DNA of 60,858 nt from an uncultured bacterium. GTDB lineage: Bacteria; AUK180. The stretch is from assembly GCA_937863565.1 (NCBI GenBank), contig CALMGJ010000021.1, positions 1-60,858 of the forward strand. The letters are read 5' to 3'. A program made the translations under genes and the position numbers. The notes under the pieces are model-generated. The model was not told the DNA's origin. It saw only the letters and a program-made list of their open reading frames with translations, and did no database searches. Each line of letters begins with the position of its first letter. Position 1 is the first letter of the stretch. Of the stretch, positions 1 to 10,216 are shown one piece after another.

Positions 1-2
1 AC

Positions 3-3000
3 GGTTATGCGATAGATACGTTCACATACCTGGGCTCGCACACGATGGATTGCGGCGCACCGGACAATGAACCACCCGTATTCTCAGGTATTCAGAGCGT
101 AACGGATACTACATACGGCGGCGAGCTCATGCTCGGGTGGGATACGGCCTCGGATACTAATCCGCCCATTATATACAATGTATACATGTCCACAACCTCG
201 GGCGGACAGAATTTCTCCACTCCTTCTTATTCCACCGGTTCACTCGAGTATCCTGTTTCCGGCCTTACTAACGGCACCACATATTATTTTGTCGTCAGGG
301 CGGAAGATCAGAGAGGCAATGAGGATGCGAACACAGTTGAACTCTCAGGCGTTCCGACATCCGTCTTCGGAGAACCCGGTTACGGGGATATTCTGATAAA
401 TGAATTCTTTGCAAAAGGTACGGACAGGGTAGAGATCTACAATACCTCTTCCAGCGATACGTACAATATCTGCAATCTCATTCTGGAATCCTCTTCCGGA
501 AGCGATAATATCTATCAGAGAACGGGGAAATCGTATATCTCGCCGGATTCGTATATTTATTTTGACGTATCCGCCGCCACTCTTTCCAATGACGGCGATA
601 CGATCACGATCAGGATAAATTCGACCGTGATAGACCAGGTGGCTTATGGCACGGCCGGCGGCGCGCCGATCACCTATACGGGCCAATCAACCGCAAGGAT
701 CGCATCCACAGGAGATCTTGCCGCGGATTGGAACAGGGATATTTCGCCTACCTGGGGAGCCGTAAATGACGCTCCCGGCGTAGATCTCGGAGGTTCGGTC
801 CTGATAAACGAGTATTTGGCGAATGCCGCAGTTTCGGCGAATGTCCTCGAACTTTACAATCCTACAGGCGGCGATATCGATGTGACCGGCTGGCTTTTCA
901 CCGATGCCGATAATACTGATGCAGGTATCGGGACCCTGAGCGGAACGGTATATGCCAACAGCTATCTTGTCTTTATTCGGGATACAACAACACCGTCTGC
1001 CAATGTGGCGATTTCCGGAGACTGCATCTATCTTTACGATTCCTCGGGTGTGAGAAAGGACCAGGCGGGTGATACCGGTCATACTTTTACAACGGGCACA
1101 GCGCAGAGAGTACCGAACGGTACAGGTCCGAATGACGGATTCAATTGGATTACATCAGGCTTTACGGAACAGGATGCCACATGGGATGGGAACAATAATC
1201 TGTGCAATTTCGCCGATATGACCGCTCCGGATTGGACGGTCTCTCAGACATCAAATGTTACAGCGGCCTTCTCGATCGATCATGCCGTGATCTCCTGGGA
1301 TGCTGCTATAGATGCGGAGAATCCCGACAGGATATATTACAATATCTACAGAAGCACCGATCCGGGATTCACGCCGGATATCTCTACGCTGATCACGACA
1401 GGACTCCAGAGCCTTGTTTACAATGACTACGATGCCGTAAGAGGGGATACGAATTACTACTCGATAGCCACATACAACTGCAATGGGCTCTATACCTACG
1501 GCTCCGATAAGTGCGCAATCTGGATCATCGATCCTCCCGATCCTCCGTCGCTCAATCTTTGCATCAGCGGCAACGAATATATTTATCTGACATGGAGCGG
1601 CGTTTCCGGCGCAGACTCTTACAATATATACAGGTCCACAACCTCCGGAGGCCCGTACTCTCTCATCGACGATACCACCTTCGTTGAATACTCTGATAAC
1701 GGGCTTGCCAACGGTACAACATATTACTATGTCGTAACGGCGGTGGACCTCGAAAAAGAACCGCAGGAAAGCTTTTATTCAAATGAGAAATATGCTATTC
1801 CCGAAGCCTGCTATCCCGTGGGCGGAACAGTGCTCATAAGCGAGATAATGATATATCCCCGGGACGGCATAGAGAATATGTACGGCGAATGGGTGGAACT
1901 TTACAATCCTACGGATACTCCCGTATCCATACTGAACTGGAGCCTCTCCGACCTTGGCGCCGATACGCATACGATCACCGCGGATATTTCCGTTCCGGCA
2001 TACGGATATCTCGTGCTCGGCGCAACGGACAATATCGTACTGAATGACGGCGTTGAAGTGGATTATGTATACTGCAGAGGTACCAGCGGCGGAAACGGAT
2101 GTTTCGCTCTCGGCAATACGGGAGATGAGGTTATTCTGAAGGATAATACGGGAAATACCATAGACATGCTTATCTACGACGACACCTGGTTCGATCAGGG
2201 ATATTCTATTACGAAAGTGGACATGCAGGCATGTTCAGATAATCAGATCTCCTGGTCTAATGAAACGACGCAGTGGAATCCGCCGGACAGCGGCTACGGC
2301 ACTCCGGGCACATCCAATTTCCCGTTCGGTCTGTATTATGCGAACGCCCCGGCTCTTGATTATATCTCTTTCAGCTTCACTCATGATGTGGATATCGCCT
2401 CTGCGAACAATGTTACCAAATATTCCATATATGAAACGGATACGCCGGCCAATACCATAACGCTCCTTTCGATAGACATCGCCGCGGACAGGATCAATGG
2501 TTTTATAGACGTTTCGACGCTAACACCGGGAATGAACTATACACTGGAGATCATAGGAGCGGTACAGGATTACTGGCTGCACCCTGTGGATGCAACACAT
2601 AAAAAAGTTACGTTCACTGCGCCGTACCAGATGATAAAAACCCCGGATCCCGTGATGTTCCCGGAATGGTCCAATGATGCAACGAAGGTGGGCTATATTG
2701 TTTACGAGAGCACTACCGGAAGGTCTAATATCTTTATTCAGGACCGCAACGGAGATAATAGGACGAAGATCACTTCGGACCCGAACTATGTATCGCATGT
2801 GGGGACGTTCACGTTCTCTCCCGATGATCAATATATCATGTATACTGCAATGATACCTCTCATTGACCATACGCAGCTTTACATGATACCCGTCACGGGA
2901 GGGTCTGCTGTTCTCATGGAACCGTATTGCGCTCTTTCAGGCAATGAATGGGGCGGCTGGGTGGATCCTCATTGGGCATCCAATGTGAACCAGACTGGCG

Positions 3001-4280
3001 GTATCGAGCGGACCGTATGTTCGATCTCGGGCGACCTCTGGGTCTTCGATCCGGCAACTATAAGGGACACCGATGCATCCATGATAAAACTTACGGGTCT
3101 TGCAGGCTCATATCTTTTGACTTATGAGACCGTTGACAAGCTCCTTCAGCCGCGATGGTCGCCGGACAATACCATGCTGACTTTTGTAAGAAGGTATCCC
3201 GGAACAGGCGCTGTCGATTCCGATATCTATGTTTACGAGAATGTTCAAACGCATATCGCAGCAAAAACGACGATCACATCCTGGGCAAATGCGGACCTAA
3301 CTTTGATAAGCGGGAACGCAAGCCCGAGCTGGTCGCCTTCGATCTCAGTGGACGGCACACAGGTCTCCTATGTCGTGGACGTCAACAATATGTTCGCCAA
3401 TGTGGATTTCTGGACATCTCCCGATGCGGAATTCTCCGCGGCTAATTTTGATGCTTTCTATGAAAAAACGGACGGGAGCGATGCCGATGCTAAAGTGCTT
3501 GAAGCAAATGCCCACAATGAGGGTTTCATGAAATGGGCCCCTGCCGGAGGCGATCAGTTCATCTATGCCTCAAGGGATTCGGACGGGAATTATTCGCTCA
3601 ATGTCATAACCCATTCGGTTACGGCCGGTTTCAATAAATCGGGCGGGATGAGGATAAGCGATTACGGATATTCCTATCTTGATATAGAATACATCGACAT
3701 GTTCTCGTCGGAGATATTCATGCGCGCACCGCTTGATGTGCCGGATCTCCCGGGAAAGATGAAGTACATCGGAGAATGCAGGGAGTTCTATTCCGACGGA
3801 GACGTTATATTTGAAGGGACCGTGGGCATACATTTCATGAACGCCGAAATAAGGAATATCGATACCGCAGATCTTACGCTTGTGAAATATGACGAATTCA
3901 GAGGTGAATGGAGAGTGGTCCCTTCATCGCTTCAGAAGGACGCTACCGGCGGCATTATCACCGGAAAAAGCGAAGGTCTCGGCTATTATGCTATCGCCGC
4001 TCTTGACAATAAAGGCATTGCCGCTACGGACCTCAAGATATATCCGAATCCTTTCCGCACTTCGGATGAACCGTTCATCTTCTTTGCGTCGGATTACGCC
4101 ATAGAAGAGCTCTCCGTATACAATATTGCCGGTGAAAAAGTGCTGGATATCGCCGATATGACCGTGGTCGACCCGATGACGCTCAGGCATGATTTCGAAG
4201 GTTTGAGCGCAGGAGTTTACATTTCCGTTGCTGAAGTGAACGGGAAAACCGTAATGAAAAAATTTGCGGTGGTGAAATAA
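3..4280 (+). CDS. Large secreted multidomain protein, 5'-truncated: FN3 repeats, three lamin-tail domains, TolB-like propeller, C-terminal T9SS type-A-like sorting domain
   Basis: Frame is open from nt 3 (GYAIDTFTYLGSHT-M), so the gene starts upstream of the window. FN3 motif GLxNGTTYYxVV occurs twice, LTD motif (V/I)LIxE...ELYNPT three times, and WSPD-type repeats are present. C-terminus reads IYPNPF...VYNIAGEKV...LSAGVYI...KKFAVVK. Confidence 0.8.
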   Translation, partial: GYAIDTFTYLGSHTMDCGAPDNEPPVFSGIQSVTDTTYGGELMLGWDTASDTNPPIIYNVYMSTTSGGQNFSTPSYSTGSLEYPVSGLTNGTTYYFVVRAEDQRGNEDANTVELSGVPTSVFGEPGYGDILINEFFAKGTDRVEIYNTSSSDTYNICNLILESSSGSDNIYQRTGKSYISPDSYIYFDVSAATLSNDGDTITIRINSTVIDQVAYGTAGGAPITYTGQSTARIASTGDLAADWNRDISPTWGAVNDAPGVDLGGSVLINEYLANAAVSANVLELYNPTGGDIDVTGWLFTDADNTDAGIGTLSGTVYANSYLVFIRDTTTPSANVAISGDCIYLYDSSGVRKDQAGDTGHTFTTGTAQRVPNGTGPNDGFNWITSGFTEQDATWDGNNNLCNFADMTAPDWTVSQTSNVTAAFSIDHAVISWDAAIDAENPDRIYYNIYRSTDPGFTPDISTLITTGLQSLVYNDYDAVRGDTNYYSIATYNCNGLYTYGSDKCAIWIIDPPDPPSLNLCISGNEYIYLTWSGVSGADSYNIYRSTTSGGPYSLIDDTTFVEYSDNGLANGTTYYYVVTAVDLEKEPQESFYSNEKYAIPEACYPVGGTVLISEIMIYPRDGIENMYGEWVELYNPTDTPVSILNWSLSDLGADTHTITADISVPAYGYLVLGATDNIVLNDGVEVDYVYCRGTSGGNGCFALGNTGDEVILKDNTGNTIDMLIYDDTWFDQGYSITKVDMQACSDNQISWSNETTQWNPPDSGYGTPGTSNFPFGLYYANAPALDYISFSFTHDVDIASANNVTKYSIYETDTPANTITLLSIDIAADRINGFIDVSTLTPGMNYTLEIIGAVQDYWLHPVDATHKKVTFTAPYQMIKTPDPVMFPEWSNDATKVGYIVYESTTGRSNIFIQDRNGDNRTKITSDPNYVSHVGTFTFSPDDQYIMYTAMIPLIDHTQLYMIPVTGGSAVLMEPYCALSGNEWGGWVDPHWASNVNQTGGIERTVCSISGDLWVFDPATIRDTDASMIKLTGLAGSYLLTYETVDKLLQPRWSPDNTMLTFVRRYPGTGAVDSDIYVYENVQTHIAAKTTITSWANADLTLISGNASPSWSPSISVDGTQVSYVVDVNNMFANVDFWTSPDAEFSAANFDAFYEKTDGSDADAKVLEANAHNEGFMKWAPAGGDQFIYASRDSDGNYSLNVITHSVTAGFNKSGGMRISDYGYSYLDIEYIDMFSSEIFMRAPLDVPDLPGKMKYIGECREFYSDGDVIFEGTVGIHFMNAEIRNIDTADLTLVKYDEFRGEWRVVPSSLQKDATGGIITGKSEGLGYYAIAALDNKGIAATDLKIYPNPFRTSDEPFIFFASDYAIEELSVYNIAGEKVLDIADMTVVDPMTLRHDFEGLSAGVYISVAEVNGKTVMKKFAVVK

Positions 4281-4367
4281 GGAACAGCGCTTCTTTTAAC
4301 GGGCCCGCGCATTAAAAATGTTAAAAGGCGCCTTAAATACCGTATTATTGGAGAGAAGCTTTTCCAT

Positions 4368-4396
4368 TTGACTATTTAACATATTTATGTTAAAAT
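4368..4396 (+). promoter_or_regulatory. Sigma70-type promoter of the rpmH operon
   Basis: TTGACT-17 nt-TAAAAT with a TGn extended -10; SD AGGAG at 4411-4415 before the rpmH ATG. Confidence 0.75.
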
Positions 4397-4422
4397 AAAC
4401 TTTTACTTTTAGGAGCAACGGC

Positions 4423-4560
4423 ATGAAAAGAACGTACCAGCCGCACAGAAGGAAACGCAGCAAGGTCCACGGCTTCAGAAAAAGAATGCGGACCGCCGAC
4501 GGCAGAAAGATACTTAAAAGAAGACGGATCAAAGGAAGAAAAAGGTTAACAGTTGCCTAA
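4423..4560 (+). CDS. rpmH: 50S ribosomal protein L34 (not in the supplied ORF track)
   Basis: Translated by hand: [45 protein letters not shown]; canonical position before rnpA. Confidence 0.97.
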   Translation: MKRTYQPHRRKRSKVHGFRKRMRTADGRKILKRRRIKGRKRLTVA

Positions 4561-4903
4561 TGATCTTTCTTTTAAGCCGGAGAACAGAGTCAGGAAACAG
4601 ACCGAATTCGATGAGATCTTCAGATCGGGAAAAAAGGTCTCCGGCAAATACCTTTTCGCATATATTCTAAAGCACGGAAAACAACCCAGGATCGGGTTCG
4701 TCATAAGCAAGAAAAACAGAAACGCGGCCCAGCGCAATCGACTGAGAAGGCAGATCAAAGAGATTTTCAGGAACAATAAGAACATGTTCGACGGGACTAG
4801 CGTTATCATCGGCGCAAAAAGGGAAGTGAATGCCTTGGAATACGGGGAACTTGAAAACGATATGACGATGATACTTAAGAGGGCGGGATGTTTAAAAAAA
4901 TAG
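4553..4903 (+). CDS. rnpA: Ribonuclease P protein component
   Basis: RIGFVISKK...AAQRNRLRR (RNR motif); synteny with rpmH and yidD. Confidence 0.93.
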   Translation: MPNDLSFKPENRVRKQTEFDEIFRSGKKVSGKYLFAYILKHGKQPRIGFVISKKNRNAAQRNRLRRQIKEIFRNNKNMFDGTSVIIGAKREVNALEYGELENDMTMILKRAGCLKK

Positions 4904-5121
4904 AGCACACCGCGACATGTCTTTTCATCTTCATGATCGATATTTACAGAAAATACATTTCAGGATTGAAGCCCCCTTCCTGCCGTTTCATCCCGACTTG
5001 TTCGCAATACTCGAAGGAAGCCTTACTGAAATACGGCCTCTTTAAGGGTTTCTACCTGTCTGCAAGAAGGATACTGAGATGCCACCCCTTCTCGAAAGGC
5101 GGGTACGATCCGCTTGTATAG
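4888..5121 (+). CDS. yidD: Membrane protein insertion efficiency factor YidD
   Basis: [10 protein letters not shown]...[15 protein letters not shown] signature. Confidence 0.95.
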   Translation: MFKKIEHTATCLFIFMIDIYRKYISGLKPPSCRFIPTCSQYSKEALLKYGLFKGFYLSARRILRCHPFSKGGYDPLV

Positions 5122-5129
5122 GAGACACC

Positions 5130-6608
5130 ATGAATATTAAAAGGACGGTAGTTCTATTATTGATCGTTTTTACTGCGGCTTTTTACGCAGAAACAGAAGG
5201 TCTTGTATCCGCAGACCCCGGGATCATCTACGAGAATGATTTGATCAAGGTCAGCTTCGATGCCGAAGGCGCTAAGATAACCGGGTACATCATCAAAGGA
5301 TATAAGAACAAAGATAAAGAGGAATACGATCTGATCCCAGAGAATACTTCGATCTACCCGCCGGAACTCAGTGCGATAGCCGGGATAGACCCCAATGCGA
5401 TCAAATATTCCCATTCGAAGGAAGCGGACCGGATAATCTTCACGTCCATAGTAGATGGAATCGTGATCTCAAAGGTCTTCGAATTCACTCCGGGCACATA
5501 TTTCATGACTCTCACCGTTAATGCGCGCAATGATTCCTCCGCGCCGCTCGGCCTGAACTCTTTCGAGATACAGTGGGGGCCGGAGATATCATCCAAGGAG
5601 ATCTCGGCTTCTATGAAAAAACGCTATGTGAGCGAGATCATGTTCGACGGAAAGAAAGCAAAGATGAACATTCTCGGCAAAAGACCCTCTGTAAGGATAT
5701 CCGATTTTAAATGGTTCGGCTACAATTCCCTTTATTTCGCTGTCGTCGCGCTGAAAAGTGAAGAGAATATTTCGGGAGAATTCTTCAAGGCCGCCGTGAA
5801 CAGGCAGGTCTGGTTCGCCACCCGCTTCCCCGACTTTTCGGTCGCCCCGGGAGAGGAAAGATCTCACTCATTGAAATTTTTCATCGGTCCCAAGGATTCG
5901 GGCATATTAAAAGCGCACGATGAAGAGGGTCTCGGTCTTGTGCGGCTCATCAATATGGGAATGTTCGGTTTTCTTACCAAGTTCTTTATCTGGCTGATGA
6001 AGTTCCTTTACGGGATGATCCCCAATTACGGAATCGCAATCATCATCATCACGATAATACTAAAACTGATCTTCCTGCCTCTTTCAACCTCTTCGATCGT
6101 ATCAATGAAGAGAATGGCGGAACTTCAACCGGAACTTCAGAAACTTCAGAAGATGTATAAAGAAAATCCTCAAAAAATGAACGAGGAAACGATGAAGCTT
6201 TACAAGACCTTCAAAGTCAATCCTCTTTCCGGCTGTCTTCCGCTTCTCATACAACTGCCTTTCTTCTGGGGCATATATTCGGCTTTTTCCGTGTCAATCG
6301 AACTGAGGGGAGCTCCTTTCTTCTGGTGGATCAGCGACCTTTCGGCACCGGATACGGTTTTCTATATATGGAAGATCCCCGTTAATATCCTGCCCATTTT
6401 GATGGGAGTGGCCATGTTCCTCCAGCAGGAGCTGCAGGGCACCCAGCATTCCCAGAACCAGCAAACCAAATACATGAAATACCTTCCGTTCTTATTCCTT
6501 ATCTTCTTCTGGAATCTGCCATCGGGTCTTGTTCTGTACTGGCTTCTTAACAATGTGCTGACCATAATCCACACGGTGCTTCTGAACAGGAAGAATGAGA
6601 ACCGATGA
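5130..6608 (+). CDS. yidC: Membrane protein insertase YidC, long form with periplasmic domain
   Basis: NYGIAIIIITI, NPLSGCLPLLIQLP, WISDLSAPD and PSGLVLYW motifs. Start moved to ATG 5130 because of SD AGGAG. Confidence 0.95.
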   Translation: MNIKRTVVLLLIVFTAAFYAETEGLVSADPGIIYENDLIKVSFDAEGAKITGYIIKGYKNKDKEEYDLIPENTSIYPPELSAIAGIDPNAIKYSHSKEADRIIFTSIVDGIVISKVFEFTPGTYFMTLTVNARNDSSAPLGLNSFEIQWGPEISSKEISASMKKRYVSEIMFDGKKAKMNILGKRPSVRISDFKWFGYNSLYFAVVALKSEENISGEFFKAAVNRQVWFATRFPDFSVAPGEERSHSLKFFIGPKDSGILKAHDEEGLGLVRLINMGMFGFLTKFFIWLMKFLYGMIPNYGIAIIIITIILKLIFLPLSTSSIVSMKRMAELQPELQKLQKMYKENPQKMNEETMKLYKTFKVNPLSGCLPLLIQLPFFWGIYSAFSVSIELRGAPFFWWISDLSAPDTVFYIWKIPVNILPILMGVAMFLQQELQGTQHSQNQQTKYMKYLPFLFLIFFWNLPSGLVLYWLLNNVLTIIHTVLLNRKNENR

Positions 6609-7950
6609 TTCGATATGCGGGATATCTTCCCCTCCGGGCAGGGGGGCTATAGCCGTTATCAGGATATCCGGCGGAAAAGCATCTTCGGCCGCAAAGAAAT
6701 TCTACGGGGATCCCGGTCCGGTTCACCGTCTTGTCCGCACCGCACCCTTTAAAAACGGCGGTTCAGGGATAGATCTTACCAATTATGTTTTTTTCAAAGG
6801 CCCGGGGACATACACAGGCGAGGATATGCTCGAGATCTACTGCCATGGAGGCACTGCCGTGCAAGATGCCATTCTGGCCGCGATCGTATCGGCAGGGATC
6901 AGGCCCGCTTTCCGCGGCGAATTCACATACAGGGCCGTTCTCAACGGAAAGATGGATATGCTCCAGGCGGAAGCTGTAAATACGCTGATCAATGCGAACA
7001 CGGGAAGCGCGATCGATTATCTGAACAGGATCGTGCACGGGGGCCTCTCTTCAGAGATCCGAAAATTCAAAGAAGAGATCTACGAGATCCTCGCGAAAAC
7101 AGAGGCCGGCATAGACTTTTCGGATTCGCTCGATATTTCTGACGATCTTCTTACAGAGGCAAGAAAAGATCTTGAAGCCATGAACGGAAAACTCTCATCC
7201 TTCATTGCGGATTACGGATTCGCAAAGGCCATATCGACGGGTTACAAAGTGGCCATTGCGGGAAAACCCAATTCAGGAAAATCATCACTTCTAAATGCTA
7301 TCCTTAAAAAAGAACGCGCTATCGTCGCTGAATACGGAGGGACCACGCGGGACATCATCCGTGAAGAGATCGACCTTGATTCATATGATGTAACGCTCTA
7401 TGATACTGCGGGAATAAGGGAAACGGACGATATCATCGAGAAAAAGGGGATACTGAAAACCAAAGAACTTCTTGCCGAGACAGATCTCGCAGTTTTTGTG
7501 GCAGATCTCTCCACTCCGTTCTCGAAAGCGGACAGGATGGCGCTTAAGGAAGCAGGGAAAAACCCTTCCGTGATCGTCTTTCTTAATAAATCGGATATCG
7601 AAGCATACGATTATTCGGAAATCCCCGAGCTGAGATCGTTCGAAACAGTGAAAGGGAGCGCCTTGAGGAACAGCGGAGTGAAAGCCCTTCTCAAAGCGGT
7701 ATCGGCGAAGATCGCGGGATTGAAAAACGGTCCCTGTGAAACGCTTATCTTCACGGAAAGACAAAAACAATTGCTTAGCAAGGTCAAACGTGAACTCGGA
7801 AGGCTTCTTAAGAAGGACATAAGGTCCGAAGCCGAGATCTGCGCCGAACTTTTAAAACACATCCTTAAGCTTCTGAATGACTTCCTCGGTGCCGGCGCCG
7901 GCGAGGATATCAGAGAATATATCTTTAAAAATTTCTGCATCGGGAAATGA
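6595..7950 (+). CDS. mnmE: tRNA modification GTPase MnmE/TrmE
   Basis: GKPNSGKSS, GTTRD, DTAG, NKSD and terminal FCIGK. Confidence 0.95.
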   Translation: MRTDDSICGISSPPGRGAIAVIRISGGKASSAAKKFYGDPGPVHRLVRTAPFKNGGSGIDLTNYVFFKGPGTYTGEDMLEIYCHGGTAVQDAILAAIVSAGIRPAFRGEFTYRAVLNGKMDMLQAEAVNTLINANTGSAIDYLNRIVHGGLSSEIRKFKEEIYEILAKTEAGIDFSDSLDISDDLLTEARKDLEAMNGKLSSFIADYGFAKAISTGYKVAIAGKPNSGKSSLLNAILKKERAIVAEYGGTTRDIIREEIDLDSYDVTLYDTAGIRETDDIIEKKGILKTKELLAETDLAVFVADLSTPFSKADRMALKEAGKNPSVIVFLNKSDIEAYDYSEIPELRSFETVKGSALRNSGVKALLKAVSAKIAGLKNGPCETLIFTERQKQLLSKVKRELGRLLKKDIRSEAEICAELLKHILKLLNDFLGAGAGEDIREYIFKNFCIGK

Positions 7951-9185
7951 GATTTTTCATTAAAACCTTCGGGTGCAAACAGAACCACTATGAAAGCGAA
8001 CTTATCAGAGAAATGCTGATACTTAACGGACATGAGTATTCGGTCTCTGACTACGAAAAGGCGATCATTCACTCCTGCGCGGTGACAGGAAAGGCAGAAT
8101 ATAAAACCAGGGATTTTACGCGAAGAATGGTGAAAAGGCTCGGCGCCACGAATGTGGCCGTAATCGGATGTTCGGCCGATTACCATGCGGATGATTACAG
8201 GGATATGGGAATCGTTGCGATAACCGGCAATGCGGATAAGCTGAAAGCCCGGACATATGATGCGTTGTTCGGCAGCAGTACCAGACAGGGTTCTTTCTAC
8301 GTCGGGCGTTTCGATTCGCAGACCAGGGCTTTCCTCTCCATCCAGGACGGGTGTGACTTTAATTGCGCATACTGTATTATAACGAAGTTACGCGGTCCTT
8401 CGCTTTCGCGCCCGTCCGCCGACATCATCGCGGAAGCCGGAACATTGATAAAGAACGGGAAAAAGGAGATCGTCATTACGGGAGTCAATATCGGGCTCTG
8501 GGGGAAGAAGGAAGGCCTGGGCCTTCACGATCTTATCGCCGAACTTGTGAAGATAAAGGATGTGCGGTTCAGGCTGTCCTCCCTTGATCCGAATCAGATC
8601 GACGAAAAACTTCTTAAGTATCTTCAGGCCGGCACGAATATTGCGCCGCATCTTCATATTTCACTTCAAAGTGCTTCCGACGATGTTCTGAAAAAACACA
8701 ACCGCTCCTATACCGGGGAGATGTTCAGGGACCTGACATACAGGGTAAAGGAGAATAATCCGGGAACGAGGATCGGGATCGACATCATAGCGGGCCTCCC
8801 CGGCGAAAGCGATAAAGATTTTTTGAGAACTACAAGTATTTTAGAGGAGAGCGACATCGATTATATGCACATCTTCAAGTATTCCGGAAGGGAAGGCACA
8901 GCGGCTGCCGCAATGCCGCAGGTCCCGTCTAAAACGATCAATGAAAGGGCGGGAGCACTGCACGGGATGGACAAGAAGATAAGAGAGCGCTCATTGGAAA
9001 AATATTTCGCCCGGATTTACGAAGTTATTGCCGAACGTCCTTCCGGTGAGGGAATATACATCGGGATCTCGGAAAATTACATTGAATGCGCCGCCCCAGG
9101 AATAAAGCAGAACGAGCTTTTCAAATTCGTTCCCGAAAAGATAAAGGAGGGAATGTATTATGGAAGAAAGAACCATAAGATCTGA
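7947..9185 (+). CDS. mtaB: Radical SAM tRNA methylthiotransferase, MtaB-like
   Basis: TFGCKQN...SCAVT...GC N-domain; QDGCDFNCAYC motif; RLSSLDP; HIFKYSGREGT. Confidence 0.8.
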   Translation: MRFFIKTFGCKQNHYESELIREMLILNGHEYSVSDYEKAIIHSCAVTGKAEYKTRDFTRRMVKRLGATNVAVIGCSADYHADDYRDMGIVAITGNADKLKARTYDALFGSSTRQGSFYVGRFDSQTRAFLSIQDGCDFNCAYCIITKLRGPSLSRPSADIIAEAGTLIKNGKKEIVITGVNIGLWGKKEGLGLHDLIAELVKIKDVRFRLSSLDPNQIDEKLLKYLQAGTNIAPHLHISLQSASDDVLKKHNRSYTGEMFRDLTYRVKENNPGTRIGIDIIAGLPGESDKDFLRTTSILEESDIDYMHIFKYSGREGTAAAAMPQVPSKTINERAGALHGMDKKIRERSLEKYFARIYEVIAERPSGEGIYIGISENYIECAAPGIKQNELFKFVPEKIKEGMYYGRKNHKI

Positions 9186-10191
9186 ATTGAGCGGCCTTCC
9201 CGAATTCAAAGTGGTTCCCGGGAACTACAGGATCAAACTCGATCAAAACGAATCTCCATGCCGTCTTCCCAAAAAGCTGCTTTCAAGTGTTCTGGATCAG
9301 ATGAGAACGAAATACGGAGAGAACCGTTATCCTCAGCCCGATGAATACCTTAAAAAGAAAAAAGCGGTCTCGGATATCACGGGGATCCCTCCCGAGAACA
9401 CGATCATCCTGAACGGGGCCGATCAGGGGATATTGCTTTCAATGCTCATAAGCGGTCCGAAAATCAGGCTTCTTAACCCGACATATCCCATATACCGGAA
9501 CGATGCGCTCATCACGGGGAAGAAAGTAAGCGAGGCTGCGCTCACATTCGGGAACGGTTTCGGCATCCCGGCAAATGCCGGAGGAAAGGATTTCGATCTT
9601 GTCTGCCTTGTATCTCCGAATCCCCCCGCAGGTAATCTTGCTCCGGAAGATGCTCTTCCTGCAGCGCTTCACGACAACCGCCTAGTAATGATGGATGAGG
9701 CTTATTATGATTTCTCAGGCATAACATATACGGAGTATCTTAAGGACCACAACAATCTGATAATTTTAAGAACAATGTCGAAGTCTTGCTGTCTGGCCGG
9801 CCTCCGGCTGGGTTATGCATTTGCCGGCAGGGACATCATCGACGCTATGGAAAAAGCCGTCTTCTCGCCGTACAATATATCCATTCTCCATTACGCTCTT
9901 CTGGACAGGTTCCGGGACATTACACTGCAGGCCGCCGAGAATGCGAAAAAGATCAATAAAGTAAAAGCCGCCTTTGAAAGATCGCTGGATGAGACAGGTA
10001 TAAAATATTTTAAAAGCCGCGGCAATTTCATTTTGATGGAAAGCTCGAAAGAGATCTTCGAAAACCTTCTACGGAACGGTATTAAAACGAGGTTCTATAC
10101 GATAGAAGGACATGAGTTCATCCGGATCACGATCGGTACAATGGCTGAAATGTCACAGGCGGCCTCCGTTCTGAGAAAAGCATTCCGTTAA
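9160..10191 (+). CDS. hisC: PLP-dependent class I/II aminotransferase, histidinol-phosphate aminotransferase-like
   Basis: KLDQNESP, DEAY and RTMSK...GLRLGY (PLP Lys) motifs. No other his genes are nearby, so the substrate is uncertain. Confidence 0.65.
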   Translation: MEERTIRSELSGLPEFKVVPGNYRIKLDQNESPCRLPKKLLSSVLDQMRTKYGENRYPQPDEYLKKKKAVSDITGIPPENTIILNGADQGILLSMLISGPKIRLLNPTYPIYRNDALITGKKVSEAALTFGNGFGIPANAGGKDFDLVCLVSPNPPAGNLAPEDALPAALHDNRLVMMDEAYYDFSGITYTEYLKDHNNLIILRTMSKSCCLAGLRLGYAFAGRDIIDAMEKAVFSPYNISILHYALLDRFRDITLQAAENAKKINKVKAAFERSLDETGIKYFKSRGNFILMESSKEIFENLLRNGIKTRFYTIEGHEFIRITIGTMAEMSQAASVLRKAFR

Positions 10192-10216
10192 GAGCAATAC
10201 TGAAATCCTCTGAGTT

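Noticed and set aside
4281-4422. oriC next to rpmH
   Set aside because: No DnaA boxes and no dnaA; the AT-richness is explained by the promoter. An imperfect inverted repeat at 4287-4331 may be a terminator but has no U-tract.
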